Assembly (NCBI GenBank): GCA_964429025.1
Contig: CAYSBF010000002.1
Location: 12,249 to 76,248 of the forward strand
DNA: 64,000 bases
Direction: 5' to 3'
DNA from: an uncultured Pelagibacterium sp.
Lineage (GTDB): Bacteria; Pseudomonadota; Alphaproteobacteria; Rhizobiales; Devosiaceae
The notes below the pieces were generated by a model that was given only the letters and a program-made list of their open reading frames with translations, was not told where the DNA came from and did not search any database. Position 1 is the stretch's first letter. Every line of letters begins with the position of its first letter. Of this stretch, positions 9,770-18,666 are shown in pieces. The translations under genes and the position numbers were made by a program.

Positions 9770-10114
9770 GTGAATCAGGAAGCGAAATGGGCGCCAGAAA
9801 GCGCCACCGAACCCTTGCGGGTGTTGTGGACCGGGCGATCGGGACGGCGCTATGTGCTGACATCTGTCGAGCTCGAAGGCTTCGCGCTGCGCGAGGGGCA
9901 TCTTTATGCGCTTGCCGCTGGTGGCACCATCCGCTGGGCCGGTGTTTCCGAGGATCTGGTTTCCGACCATGCCAGCCGCACGCGTTTCCGCGCCGCGCTG
10001 GCCGAAGGCGCCCTGGTCCTTACCCTCCCCGCGCCCGCCGATGAGCTGGCGCGCATGACGCTTGTCTGGGACCTCGAGGGTACGCGCGCGCGGCCCAATC
10101 TTACTGCGGCGTGA
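9770..10114 (+). CDS. Hypothetical 114-aa protein, predicted SOS-regulated
   Basis: GGAGG RBS before GTG 9770; own promoter; WTGRSGRRY motif; C-terminal AA. Confidence 0.7.
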   Translation: MNQEAKWAPESATEPLRVLWTGRSGRRYVLTSVELEGFALREGHLYALAAGGTIRWAGVSEDLVSDHASRTRFRAALAEGALVLTLPAPADELARMTLVWDLEGTRARPNLTAA

Positions 10115-10128
10115 GAGCCTTTTTTTCG

Positions 10129-10671
10129 CTATCCGTTTGCGCGCAGCATTGCGCTCAGCGCCAGCACGGGCCGGTCGATGATCCCAAGCTCGGCCAGATG
10201 CTCGGCGGTGTTGATGACATAGTCTTCATTGGCTCCCGACGCGCCGCGGGCGCCGCGCACATAGGCAAGCTGCTCATCGAGCGTCAACCGGCCGGCATAT
10301 TGCTCATGGGCCGGATCGGCGAGAAAGACGAGCGCAGTCGCCACCTCCCCGCTCGCCAGCGTCACTGCCCTCAGCGCCTCCCGGTAGACCCCCGTCACCT
10401 GTTCGCGCTCGCGCAGATATTCGCGCACCTCTGGCCAGGCGTCCGGCGCCACCTTGAAGGCCCGCCCCACACAGGACCCGCCGCGCTCGAGCCCGAACAC
10501 CAGTCCCGGCCGCTCGGGCGTGCCCCGGTGCCGGTGCGAAAGAATGCACAGCCGCCTATGCGCCCCGCGCAGCAGGGCCCGCTCGGCGCGCAGATAGGCA
10601 AAGCCGGGCGACCAGATCAAGGATCCGTAGCCAAAGACCCAGGGAACTGAACTGTCGTCAAGATGAGACAT
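10129..10671 (-). CDS. chaC: Gamma-glutamylcyclotransferase (ChaC family)
   Basis: WVFGYGSLIW, HRGTPERPGLV, YLRERE motifs. Confidence 0.9.
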   Translation of the reverse strand: MSHLDDSSVPWVFGYGSLIWSPGFAYLRAERALLRGAHRRLCILSHRHRGTPERPGLVFGLERGGSCVGRAFKVAPDAWPEVREYLREREQVTGVYREALRAVTLASGEVATALVFLADPAHEQYAGRLTLDEQLAYVRGARGASGANEDYVINTAEHLAELGIIDRPVLALSAMLRANG

Positions 10672-10784
10672 GACCATTCGATGCCATGAGTTGGGGTGCG
10701 CCCGCAAGCTGGTGGCCGCATGGCAGGCCTGCACGCCCGACATTGCCTCATGACGGCCACGCACTGGCGCGATAGAACATCTCC

Positions 10785-11750
10785 ATGAAGCGATTCCTTG
10801 TTCTCATCATTGCCGTCCTCGCCATTGCAGCCATCTGGACGGCCGGGTGGCTTTACGTGGCTGGGCTGATTTCCGACGAAGCGCAGCGCCTGGCCCAGGC
10901 CGATGGGGTGACCCAACCGCGCATCGTTTGCGAAGAGTTCAGCGTTTCGGGCTATCCCTTTCATTTTTCGCCCATCTGCACCGGCGCCGAAATCTCTTCA
11001 GGCGATTTGACGCTCACCACCCCCCGGGTGAGCGCGACCGCGCTCTTTTACCGGCCCGCGCACCTTCAGATCTTCGTCACCTCGCCCGCCCGCCTCTCGG
11101 ACGCCTTTACCGGCAGTGCGCACCAGCTGGCCTGGGACAATCTGCGGGCGAGCCTGCGGCTCGAGAACAACCGGCTCGCGCGTTTTTCCGCGATCGGGGA
11201 CAATCTCGTCCATACCGACGCGCTTTTCGGTGAGACCACGCTTGGCAGCGCCGATCATTTCGAGCTTCACCTTGTCGATGCAACCCCGCCCGATACCCCA
11301 TCAACCGGCGGCGCAGTGCTCGATATCTTCGCCCGGCTCGATGGTGTCGTCGCGGAAGGCTTCGAGATCGTCAATGGTGCTGCAACTCTTGACGCCCGGC
11401 TCACCGGCGTGCCCCCGCTCGACCTTCTCGGCCGTTCGGACGTCATGCGCCTTTGGCAGACGGCCGACGGCACGCTGACGCTCAGAAACGTTACCGCCCA
11501 GGACCAAGGAACGGAAATTTCAGCGAGCGGGGAAGCGTTTCTTGACGGGACCGGTCGCGTCAACGGAACGCTGAGCGTCTCATCGCGCGGGCTGGTCGAG
11601 CGCTTCGAGGGTCTTGCGGAGGATCCCGTGGCCGCGCTTTTCCTCGGAACACCGGATGCCGACGGCACCTATAGCCAGAACCTTTCGGTGCGCGCGGGCA
11701 CGGTTTTCATCGGCATCCTGCCCGTCATGGGGCTCGACCCGCTGTTTTGA
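10785..11750 (+). CDS. DUF2125-like envelope protein
   Basis: N-terminal TM anchor with W..GW, SGYPF motif; position between chaC and tyrA. Confidence 0.7.
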   Translation: MKRFLVLIIAVLAIAAIWTAGWLYVAGLISDEAQRLAQADGVTQPRIVCEEFSVSGYPFHFSPICTGAEISSGDLTLTTPRVSATALFYRPAHLQIFVTSPARLSDAFTGSAHQLAWDNLRASLRLENNRLARFSAIGDNLVHTDALFGETTLGSADHFELHLVDATPPDTPSTGGAVLDIFARLDGVVAEGFEIVNGAATLDARLTGVPPLDLLGRSDVMRLWQTADGTLTLRNVTAQDQGTEISASGEAFLDGTGRVNGTLSVSSRGLVERFEGLAEDPVAALFLGTPDADGTYSQNLSVRAGTVFIGILPVMGLDPLF

Positions 11751-12671
11751 CTACTCCCCCGGCGCGGAACCGTGCGGCCGCCCGAAATCGGGCGCGTCCG
11801 TTTCCTGCCCCGCCTCGATGATCGAGCGGCGAATGGCTCGGGTGCGGGTAAAAAGCGCTTCAAGGGCAGGACCGTCGCCCACGCGCACCGCCCGCTGGAG
11901 CACCGAAAGGTCCTCGAGAAACCGCCCCAGCATCTCAAGCACCGCGTCGCGATTGGTCAAAAACACGTCTCGCCACATCACCGGGTCAGAGGCCGCGATG
12001 CGGGTGAAATCGCGAAAGCCCGAGGCCGAGAACTTGATGACCTCCGATTTCGTGTGCGCCTCGAGATCGGCGACCGTGCCCACGATGTTGTAGGCCACAA
12101 GATGCGGCACATGGCTGGTGATCGCGAGGACGAGGTCGTGATGCTCATGATCCATGGTCTCGACATTTGACCCCAGCGCCCGCCAGAAGGCGGTGAGCGT
12201 CTCGATTGCTCCGGCATCGGTACCCGCCTCGGGTGTCAGCACGCACCAGCGGTTCTCAAAGAGCTCCGCAAAGCCCGCCGAAGGGCCCGAATGCTCGGTG
12301 CCCGCCAGCGGGTGGCCCGGCACGAAATGCACCCCCTTGGGCACCTTGGGGCCCAGCACCCGGTGGACATGGCCCTTGACCGAGCCGACGTCGGAGAGAA
12401 TGGCGCCTTTTTCGAGCGCAGGCGCGATGGCATCCATAACCGCCTCATAGGCGCCGACCGGCGTGCACAGGATGACGAGATCGGCGCCGCGGACCGCTTC
12501 GGCCGGGTCCCGCGTATAAAGATCGCCCAAGCCCAGGGCTTCGGCTTCGGCCAGGGTCTCGGCCTTGCGGGTGGAAATGGCAATGGTTCGGGCGATGTCC
12601 TTGGCCTTGACGCCGCGGGCGATGGAGGAGCCGATAAGCCCGATCCCGATAAGAGCGAGTTTTTCGATCAT
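11751..12671 (-). CDS. tyrA: Prephenate/arogenate (cyclohexadienyl) dehydrogenase
   Basis: IGIGLIG Rossmann motif, SDVGSVK, GHPLAGTEHSG, SHVPH, FRDFTRIA; TGATG overlap with hisC. Confidence 0.92.
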   Translation of the reverse strand: MIEKLALIGIGLIGSSIARGVKAKDIARTIAISTRKAETLAEAEALGLGDLYTRDPAEAVRGADLVILCTPVGAYEAVMDAIAPALEKGAILSDVGSVKGHVHRVLGPKVPKGVHFVPGHPLAGTEHSGPSAGFAELFENRWCVLTPEAGTDAGAIETLTAFWRALGSNVETMDHEHHDLVLAITSHVPHLVAYNIVGTVADLEAHTKSEVIKFSASGFRDFTRIAASDPVMWRDVFLTNRDAVLEMLGRFLEDLSVLQRAVRVGDGPALEALFTRTRAIRRSIIEAGQETDAPDFGRPHGSAPGE

Positions 12672-13783
12672 CAAGCGTCCATGAAGGTCTTGAGGCATCT
12701 GGCGACGGCGCGCATGGCCGCCTCGCTGCCGATTGAAATCCGCAAGCCGTTGGGTATGCCATAGCCGCCCATCTCGCGCACGATGAGCCCGGCCTCGAGC
12801 AGCGCCCGGTTGGCGTCCGCCGCCGTCTGTCCCGGCGTGTCGGCAAAGAGGACGAGAATGAAATTGCCCTGGCTGGGCAGGACCCGCATGCGGTTGCCCG
12901 AAAGCTCTGCCGTCAGCCACTCACGCCATTTGGCGTTGTGGTCGCGCAGGGCCCGGGTAAAGGTCAGATCGCGCGCTGCGGCCGCCGCGGCCACCTGCCC
13001 AGGTACCGAGACATTGAACGGCCCCCTGATGCGATTGACCGCATCAACGACATGGGAGGGGCCGTAGAGCCAGCCCACCCGCGCCGCAGCGAGACCCATT
13101 TTCGAAAAGGTCCGTACCATGACCACATTCTCGCTGCGCTCCACCAGCGATATGCCGACCCCGTAATCCCCGGCGGTCACATATTCGGCATAGGCCGAAT
13201 CGATGACCAGCAGCACGTCAGAAGGCAGCCCGGCATGCAGGCGGTCGAGTTCGTCCGCACCAAGATAGGTGCCGGTGGGATTGTTGGGATTGGCGAGGAA
13301 GACGACGCGCGTTTTCCCGCTAATCGCGGCCAGTATGGCATCGACATCGGCGCGATAATCGGTCTCGGCCGCAACGACCGGCACTCCGCCGGCCGCCCGC
13401 GTGATGATCGGGTAAACCATGAAGCCATATTGGCTCATGATCGCCTCGTCACCGACCCCGATATAGGTCTGGGCGAGAAGATGCAGCACCTCGTCGGACC
13501 CGGCGCCGACGACGATACGGTCCGGGTCGATGCCATTGACCTCGCCAAGCGCCTCGCGCAATTGGCGCGAGGACCCATCGGGATAGATCTCGAGCCGTCC
13601 GGCAACCTCCTTATAGGCAGCGATCGCCTTGGGGCTCGCGCCGAGCGGGGATTCATTGGCCGAAAGCTTGATTTCCGCACCCTTGCCAAGCCCTTTGGAA
13701 CGCCCCGGCACGTAAGGAGCGATTTCGAGAATCCCCGGTTGCGGGGTCGGTCTGTCGAGCGGCGCGGTCACGGATGGTCCCAT
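12671..13783 (-). CDS. hisC: Histidinol-phosphate aminotransferase
   Basis: KLSANE, ANPNNPTG, DSAY, RTFSK (PLP lysine). Confidence 0.92.
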   Translation of the reverse strand: MGPSVTAPLDRPTPQPGILEIAPYVPGRSKGLGKGAEIKLSANESPLGASPKAIAAYKEVAGRLEIYPDGSSRQLREALGEVNGIDPDRIVVGAGSDEVLHLLAQTYIGVGDEAIMSQYGFMVYPIITRAAGGVPVVAAETDYRADVDAILAAISGKTRVVFLANPNNPTGTYLGADELDRLHAGLPSDVLLVIDSAYAEYVTAGDYGVGISLVERSENVVMVRTFSKMGLAAARVGWLYGPSHVVDAVNRIRGPFNVSVPGQVAAAAAARDLTFTRALRDHNAKWREWLTAELSGNRMRVLPSQGNFILVLFADTPGQTAADANRALLEAGLIVREMGGYGIPNGLRISIGSEAAMRAVARCLKTFMDA

Positions 13784-13892
13784 CGGTCAAGGCGGATGCC
13801 CAAGGGGGCGGGAGAAAACCGGGCGGACCATAGAGCAGTTGCAGAAAAGTGGGAACCGGCTTTTTCCCTCATGCGTCCCAGGCACCGCAAGG

Positions 13893-14627
13893 TCAGAGTT
13901 CCAACCGCGCGGTCTGCGGGGCCAGCCCCGGCTCGCCCTGATAACGCTCGGCGGGTTTGCGCCGGGCGATGGCGGGGAACTGCTCCTTTTTTGCCCGCAC
14001 GCACATGACCGAGGAAAGGGTCGGCCCGAACAGCCGCCCGGTGCGTTCGAGAAGCCGCGCCGAGCGCAGCACCGGACCGGAGCGGAAGGGCGGGAAATAG
14101 ATGCAGTCGCGCCAGGCTTCGGGCGTAAAGGAATGCCCACGCAGCAGGGCGTCCATCTGCCCGCGAGAATAGGGGTGGCCGAAGCCTAAGGGCGTGTTGT
14201 CGATGCCGGCCCAGAGCCCGCGCCGCTTGGGTACGGCAATGACCAGCCGGGCATTGGGCGCGCAAACCCGCCAGAGCTCGCGCATGAATTCTTCGGCATC
14301 GACCACATGCTCGAACCCGTGGACGATAACCACGAGATCGACCGCAGCATCGGTCAGCGGCATTTCGAGCGGGTCGCAGAGAACCGTGTGGGACGGCCCT
14401 TCGCGCGGCCAGGCCGAAGCACCCTGCCGGGCCGGCATGAAGGCCAGCACCCGCTCGGCGCCCTTGAGCGCCCCACGCAGATAGGGGGTGGCAAAGCCCA
14501 GGCCAAGAATGCGCAGCCCGGTCACGTCCCCGGCAAGCGCGCTCACCTGCTCGCGGATATAGTGCCGCGTCAGTCGCCCCAGGGGGGACTTGTAAAATTT
14601 GATCAGCCCCTCGACATCGGGTGTCAT
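13893..14627 (-). CDS. Class I SAM-dependent methyltransferase (type 11-like)
   Basis: LGLGFATPY SAM-loop variant; divergent from gloB. Confidence 0.8.
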   Translation of the reverse strand: MTPDVEGLIKFYKSPLGRLTRHYIREQVSALAGDVTGLRILGLGFATPYLRGALKGAERVLAFMPARQGASAWPREGPSHTVLCDPLEMPLTDAAVDLVVIVHGFEHVVDAEEFMRELWRVCAPNARLVIAVPKRRGLWAGIDNTPLGFGHPYSRGQMDALLRGHSFTPEAWRDCIYFPPFRSGPVLRSARLLERTGRLFGPTLSSVMCVRAKKEQFPAIARRKPAERYQGEPGLAPQTARLEL

Positions 14628-14735
14628 CTGCCCTCCGCAATTTGCGCCACTATGTGGGCGCGAGCGATCAAAGGTCAAACCCTTGCCCCATCGCCTCCGG
14701 GTTTCTATGTTCGGGGCAATCAGGAAAGGAACGTA

Positions 14736-15503
14736 ATGACTGTTGAAATCGAGCTCTTTGGTGCCCTCGAGACTAATTTCGGCGTGCTGATCCGCGACGG
14801 TGGGACCGGCAAGGTCGCAGCGATCGACGCACCGGAAACCGCACCCATCGTTTCAGCGCTCGAAAGGCGCGGCTGGACCCTCGATCTCATTCTCATCACC
14901 CACCACCATTCCGACCACACCGACGCCATCCTGCCCCTCAAGGATAAATACGGCGCGACCGTCTATGGGCCGCGCGGGGAAAAGGACAAGATCGAAGGGC
15001 TCGATCATCTGGTTTCGGGCGGCGACAGGGTGAAGGTCGGCGGAACCGAATTCGATGTCATCGACGTGCCCGGCCATACCAATGGCCACATCGCCTATTA
15101 CGCCCAGGCCGAAAAGCTGCTCTTTGCGGCCGACGCCCTCTTTTCGCTCGGCGTTGGCCGCATGTTCGAGGGCACGCCGGAGATGATGTGGGAGGGGCTC
15201 CTGCGCCTGCGCGCGCTCGATCCTGAAACGAAAGTCTATTGCGGCCACGAATATACCCTTTCCAATGCCGCCTTCGCGCTTTCGGTCGATCCCGACAATG
15301 CTGCGCTCAAGGCGCGCGCCGAAGAGGCCCAGCGCCAGATCGACAATGGCGAGCCCACCATCCCCTCACGTCTGGCCGATGAAATCGCAGCCAACCCCTT
15401 CCTGCGCGCCGACGATGCGGCGATTGCACGGGCCGTGAAGCTCGAAGGCGCCCCGGCAGCCGAGGTGTTCGGCGCACTCAGGAAAGCCAAGGACAGTTTC
15501 TGA
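14736..15503 (+). CDS. gloB: Hydroxyacylglutathione hydrolase (glyoxalase II)
   Basis: THHHSDH, PGHTNGH, YCGHEYT, EIAANPFLR motifs. Confidence 0.93.
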   Translation: MTVEIELFGALETNFGVLIRDGGTGKVAAIDAPETAPIVSALERRGWTLDLILITHHHSDHTDAILPLKDKYGATVYGPRGEKDKIEGLDHLVSGGDRVKVGGTEFDVIDVPGHTNGHIAYYAQAEKLLFAADALFSLGVGRMFEGTPEMMWEGLLRLRALDPETKVYCGHEYTLSNAAFALSVDPDNAALKARAEEAQRQIDNGEPTIPSRLADEIAANPFLRADDAAIARAVKLEGAPAAEVFGALRKAKDSF

Positions 15504-15558
15504 CCCGAACAAAGGGGTTCAATTTACCCCCCGAACCGGTGTATCAGACGTCTCGTGT

Positions 15559-15635
15559 GGTCCCGTAGCTCAGCAGGATAGAGCACAAGATTCCTAATCT
15601 TGGGGTCACAGGTTCGAATCCTGTCGGGATCACCA
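15559..15635 (+). tRNA. tRNA-Arg (anticodon CCT)
   Basis: Acceptor GGTCCCG/CGGGATC, anticodon arm caaga-tt-CCT-aa-tcttg, GGTTCGAATCC T-arm, encoded CCA. Confidence 0.97.
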
Positions 15636-15668
15636 CCCTGTCTTCCACCATCACCCCGGAGCTTGTCC

Positions 15669-15827
15669 ATGTCCGTTGCCGCCCTGGCCAAGCTTAAACG
15701 GGCCACTGCCGAACTCGAGGCCGCGCTTGCCGTTGCCGCCAAACGGTCGGAGGCCGAGCGGCTGGCGCTCAAGTCCGAGCTCGAAGACGTGATCCAGAAG
15801 ATCGACGAGTTGCGGCAAAAGCTTTGA
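15669..15827 (+). CDS. Small coiled-coil hypothetical protein (52 aa)
   Basis: GGAG upstream of ATG 15669; heptad-like pattern LKRATAELEAAL...LKSELEDVIQKIDELRQKL. Confidence 0.5.
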   Translation: MSVAALAKLKRATAELEAALAVAAKRSEAERLALKSELEDVIQKIDELRQKL

Positions 15828-15891
15828 ACACCGCCCCGGTCTTGCCCCGGCACCCGCTTTCGGTGCATGAGGTATCGGACATAACAATTAG

Positions 15892-16386
15892 GTGCCGGGA
15901 CGGCTGATTTCCTTCCCGGCCTCGGGGGCCGAACACTTGGACTGGACGCCAGACTTTGCACCGCTTTGCTCAATACGGCTCGATCTGGGCGAGCCCATCG
16001 AGGTGCAACCGGCGCTTGAGCGCTTCATTCCCGTGCTCGGCGGCACGGTAACGGGCGGGCGCCTGTCGGGCGAAGTCCTGCCCTTAGGCGGTGACCGGCA
16101 GACCGATTCCGGCGCCTTTGCCAGCATCGAGGCCATCCAGTTCATCCGCACCCATGATGGCGCAAGAATCGCCTTTGACAATCGCGGCCTTCGCGCCGCC
16201 TCGCCCGAGATCAAGTCGGCATTGCGCGCCGGCGAGGACGTGCCCTTTTCAAAATACTATATGCGCTTTGCCTGTACCTTCCGCACGTCCGATCCACGGT
16301 ACGATTGGCTTAACACGCGGCTGTTCATTGCCGCGGGCGCCAAGCGTCCCCAATGGGTGGAACTCTCGGTTTTCGAACTTCTCTAG
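15892..16386 (+). CDS. DUF3237 (UPF0311) family protein
   Basis: GGTVTGGRLSGEVLP.GGD, IRTHDGA, YYMR, DPRYDWLN..LF motifs. Confidence 0.8.
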   Translation: MPGRLISFPASGAEHLDWTPDFAPLCSIRLDLGEPIEVQPALERFIPVLGGTVTGGRLSGEVLPLGGDRQTDSGAFASIEAIQFIRTHDGARIAFDNRGLRAASPEIKSALRAGEDVPFSKYYMRFACTFRTSDPRYDWLNTRLFIAAGAKRPQWVELSVFELL

Positions 16387-16409
16387 ATGCCATCAGCTCG
16401 GACCCTCAC

Positions 16410-17654
16410 GTGATCATCATCTCTGGCGCCGGCATCGCCGGTCTTGCACTCGCCCTCAGCTGCCATCAGGCGGGACTGCCGTTCCGGATTTTCGAGCGCG
16501 CTCCGGAAATCCTGCCTCTGGGCGTGGGGATCAATGTCCAGCCACACGCGGTCCGCGAGTTGTTCGAGATGGGGCTTGAGGCCGAGCTTGAGCGCGTCGG
16601 CGTGCGCTCGCGCGAGCTGATTTACTTTTCCAAGCTTGGCAACCGCATCTGGGCCGAGCCGCGCGGCATCAAGGCCGGCTACAACTGGCCACAATATTCC
16701 CTGCACCGCGGCGAACTGCAATTGCTGCTCTACCGCGCCTTGCTCGCGACAGGAAATACGGTGACGCTCGGCGCCGAAATCTTCGATGCCACCCAAGAGC
16801 GGGACGGCGCCATAACCGCTCATATCCGCACGGCCGGGGGCGAAACCGCGGTCACGGGCGACGTGCTTGTCGCCGCCGATGGCATCCATTCGAGTCTGCG
16901 CAGGAAAATGGTCCCCGATGAGGGCGCACCGGTCTGGGGCGGCGCGGTGCTCTGGCGCGGCACGACCACCGGCCCCCAGTTCCTGGGCGGGGAAACGGTC
17001 GCCTATTTCGGCCACCAGAACCAGAAATTCGTGACCTATCCCATTACGCCCCCTGACGCGGAAGGCAATGTGCTGATCAACTGGATCGCGGAATTGCGCT
17101 TTGATCCCAGGACCGCGAGCTACAGGCGCGAAAGCTATAACCGCGTCGCCAATCTCGACGATTTCCTGCCCAGCTTCGAAAGCTGGGCCTTCCCATGGCT
17201 CGACATCCCCGCGCTCGTTAGAGCCGCGGCGCAATGCTATGAATACCCCATGGTCGACCGCGACCCGATCGAGCAATGGACGTTCGGGCGGCTGACCCTT
17301 CTCGGAGACGCCGCACACCCCATGTACCCGATCGGCTCGAACGGCGCGTCCCAAGCCATTCTCGATGCGCGCGTGCTGGTGCGCGAGTTTCTCGCTCACG
17401 GGATTGGTCCCCAGGCGCTCGAGGCCTATGAGGCCGAGCGGCGTCCCGCCACGAACAGGCTGGTGCTCGCCAATCGCGGCAACGGACCCGATCAGGTCAT
17501 GCAGATTGTCGAGGAGCGGTGCGGCGGGGCCTTCGGCAATATCGAGGACGTGCTTTCAATGGGCGAACTTCAGGAGATCGCCGACCGCTACAAGGTCATG
17601 GCAGGGATGGACATCGCCTCGCTCAATTCACGGCCATCGATACTCGCGCTTTAG
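16410..17654 (+). CDS. FAD-dependent monooxygenase/oxidoreductase
   Basis: GAGIAG, ADGIHS and LLGDAAHPMYPIGSNGASQAILD fingerprints; GTG start. Confidence 0.88.
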   Translation: MIIISGAGIAGLALALSCHQAGLPFRIFERAPEILPLGVGINVQPHAVRELFEMGLEAELERVGVRSRELIYFSKLGNRIWAEPRGIKAGYNWPQYSLHRGELQLLLYRALLATGNTVTLGAEIFDATQERDGAITAHIRTAGGETAVTGDVLVAADGIHSSLRRKMVPDEGAPVWGGAVLWRGTTTGPQFLGGETVAYFGHQNQKFVTYPITPPDAEGNVLINWIAELRFDPRTASYRRESYNRVANLDDFLPSFESWAFPWLDIPALVRAAAQCYEYPMVDRDPIEQWTFGRLTLLGDAAHPMYPIGSNGASQAILDARVLVREFLAHGIGPQALEAYEAERRPATNRLVLANRGNGPDQVMQIVEERCGGAFGNIEDVLSMGELQEIADRYKVMAGMDIASLNSRPSILAL

Positions 17655-17829
17655 GGGCGGCCGCGCAAACCCGACAATCTTGATGATTTTTGCCGCAATT
17701 GGGTGCAAACTGGGGCCGGATCGAATCCCGTGCGCTTGGGGGAAGGCGGGCGGTCTTGTTTGCGTCACGCGCCATTCCGGCCGCTAGGATCGGCGAATCG
17801 GAAGCGGTGTACGGCGGCTCGCGAGCGCG

Positions 17830-18666
17830 GTGCGGATTTATGCGGATAGAGGCCTGTTCTTGTTCAGACCCTTGCTTGTGACCGTTTTCGGCCTGGCCGC
17901 GGCTGTGTCATCGCCTGCCCTAGCCCAGTTCTGCAACGAACTTACCCCGGGGCCCACCGGTCGCGTGGTTACGATTTCCGATGGCGACACTTTCGATCTC
18001 GACACCGGGCTGACGGTCCGCCTTGTCGGCATACAGGCGCCCAAACTTCCGCTCGGCCGCCCGGATTTTGAAGCATGGCCGCTCGGCGACGAGGCCAAGG
18101 CGCTGATGGAATCGTTGACCTTGGGCCGGGAGGTCGCGCTGTTTTATGGCGGGGAAAGCCGCGACAGGCATGGCCGCGCCCTCGCCCATATCCTCGTCGA
18201 GCATGATGACGGGGAAAAATGGGTGCAGGGCGAGATGCTGAAGGCAGGCCTCGCCCGCGTCTATTCCTTCCCCGACAACCGCGCCTGCCTCGCAGAACTT
18301 TATGCCGCCGAAAGGCAGGGCCGTGCCGAGCGGCGCGGCGTGTGGCGTGATCCCTTTTACCAGATCCGGGACGCGACCCGACCCGAAGCGCTTCTCGAGC
18401 GCATCGGTCAATACGAACTGGTTGAAGGCCGCGTACTCAATGCCGATCTTACCGGTGGCCGCGCCTATCTAAATTTCGGGCGCCACTGGAAGGAAGATTT
18501 CACCGTCGTCGTCGAGGGCAGCGGGTTGCGGCTCTTTGAGCGCGAGGGCTTTGATATCGAAGGGCTGGAGAACCGCGTGATCCGCGTGCGCGGCTGGGTC
18601 GAATCCCATGACGGCCCGCGCGTGCTCGTCAGCCATCCCGAACAGATCGAGGTTCTGGGCGGATAA
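17830..18666 (+). CDS. Exported thermonuclease (SNase-like) family protein with extra C-terminal domain
   Basis: Signal peptide, ISDGDT, RLVGIQAPK, DRHGRAL, GLARVY. Start may be TTG 17860. Confidence 0.8.
   Translation: MRIYADRGLFLFRPLLVTVFGLAAAVSSPALAQFCNELTPGPTGRVVTISDGDTFDLDTGLTVRLVGIQAPKLPLGRPDFEAWPLGDEAKALMESLTLGREVALFYGGESRDRHGRALAHILVEHDDGEKWVQGEMLKAGLARVYSFPDNRACLAELYAAERQGRAERRGVWRDPFYQIRDATRPEALLERIGQYELVEGRVLNADLTGGRAYLNFGRHWKEDFTVVVEGSGLRLFEREGFDIEGLENRVIRVRGWVESHDGPRVLVSHPEQIEVLGG

Noticed and set aside
15600-15668. N-terminal extension of ORF 15600-15827
   Set aside because: Overlaps the tRNA-Arg gene; the real start is more likely ATG 15669.
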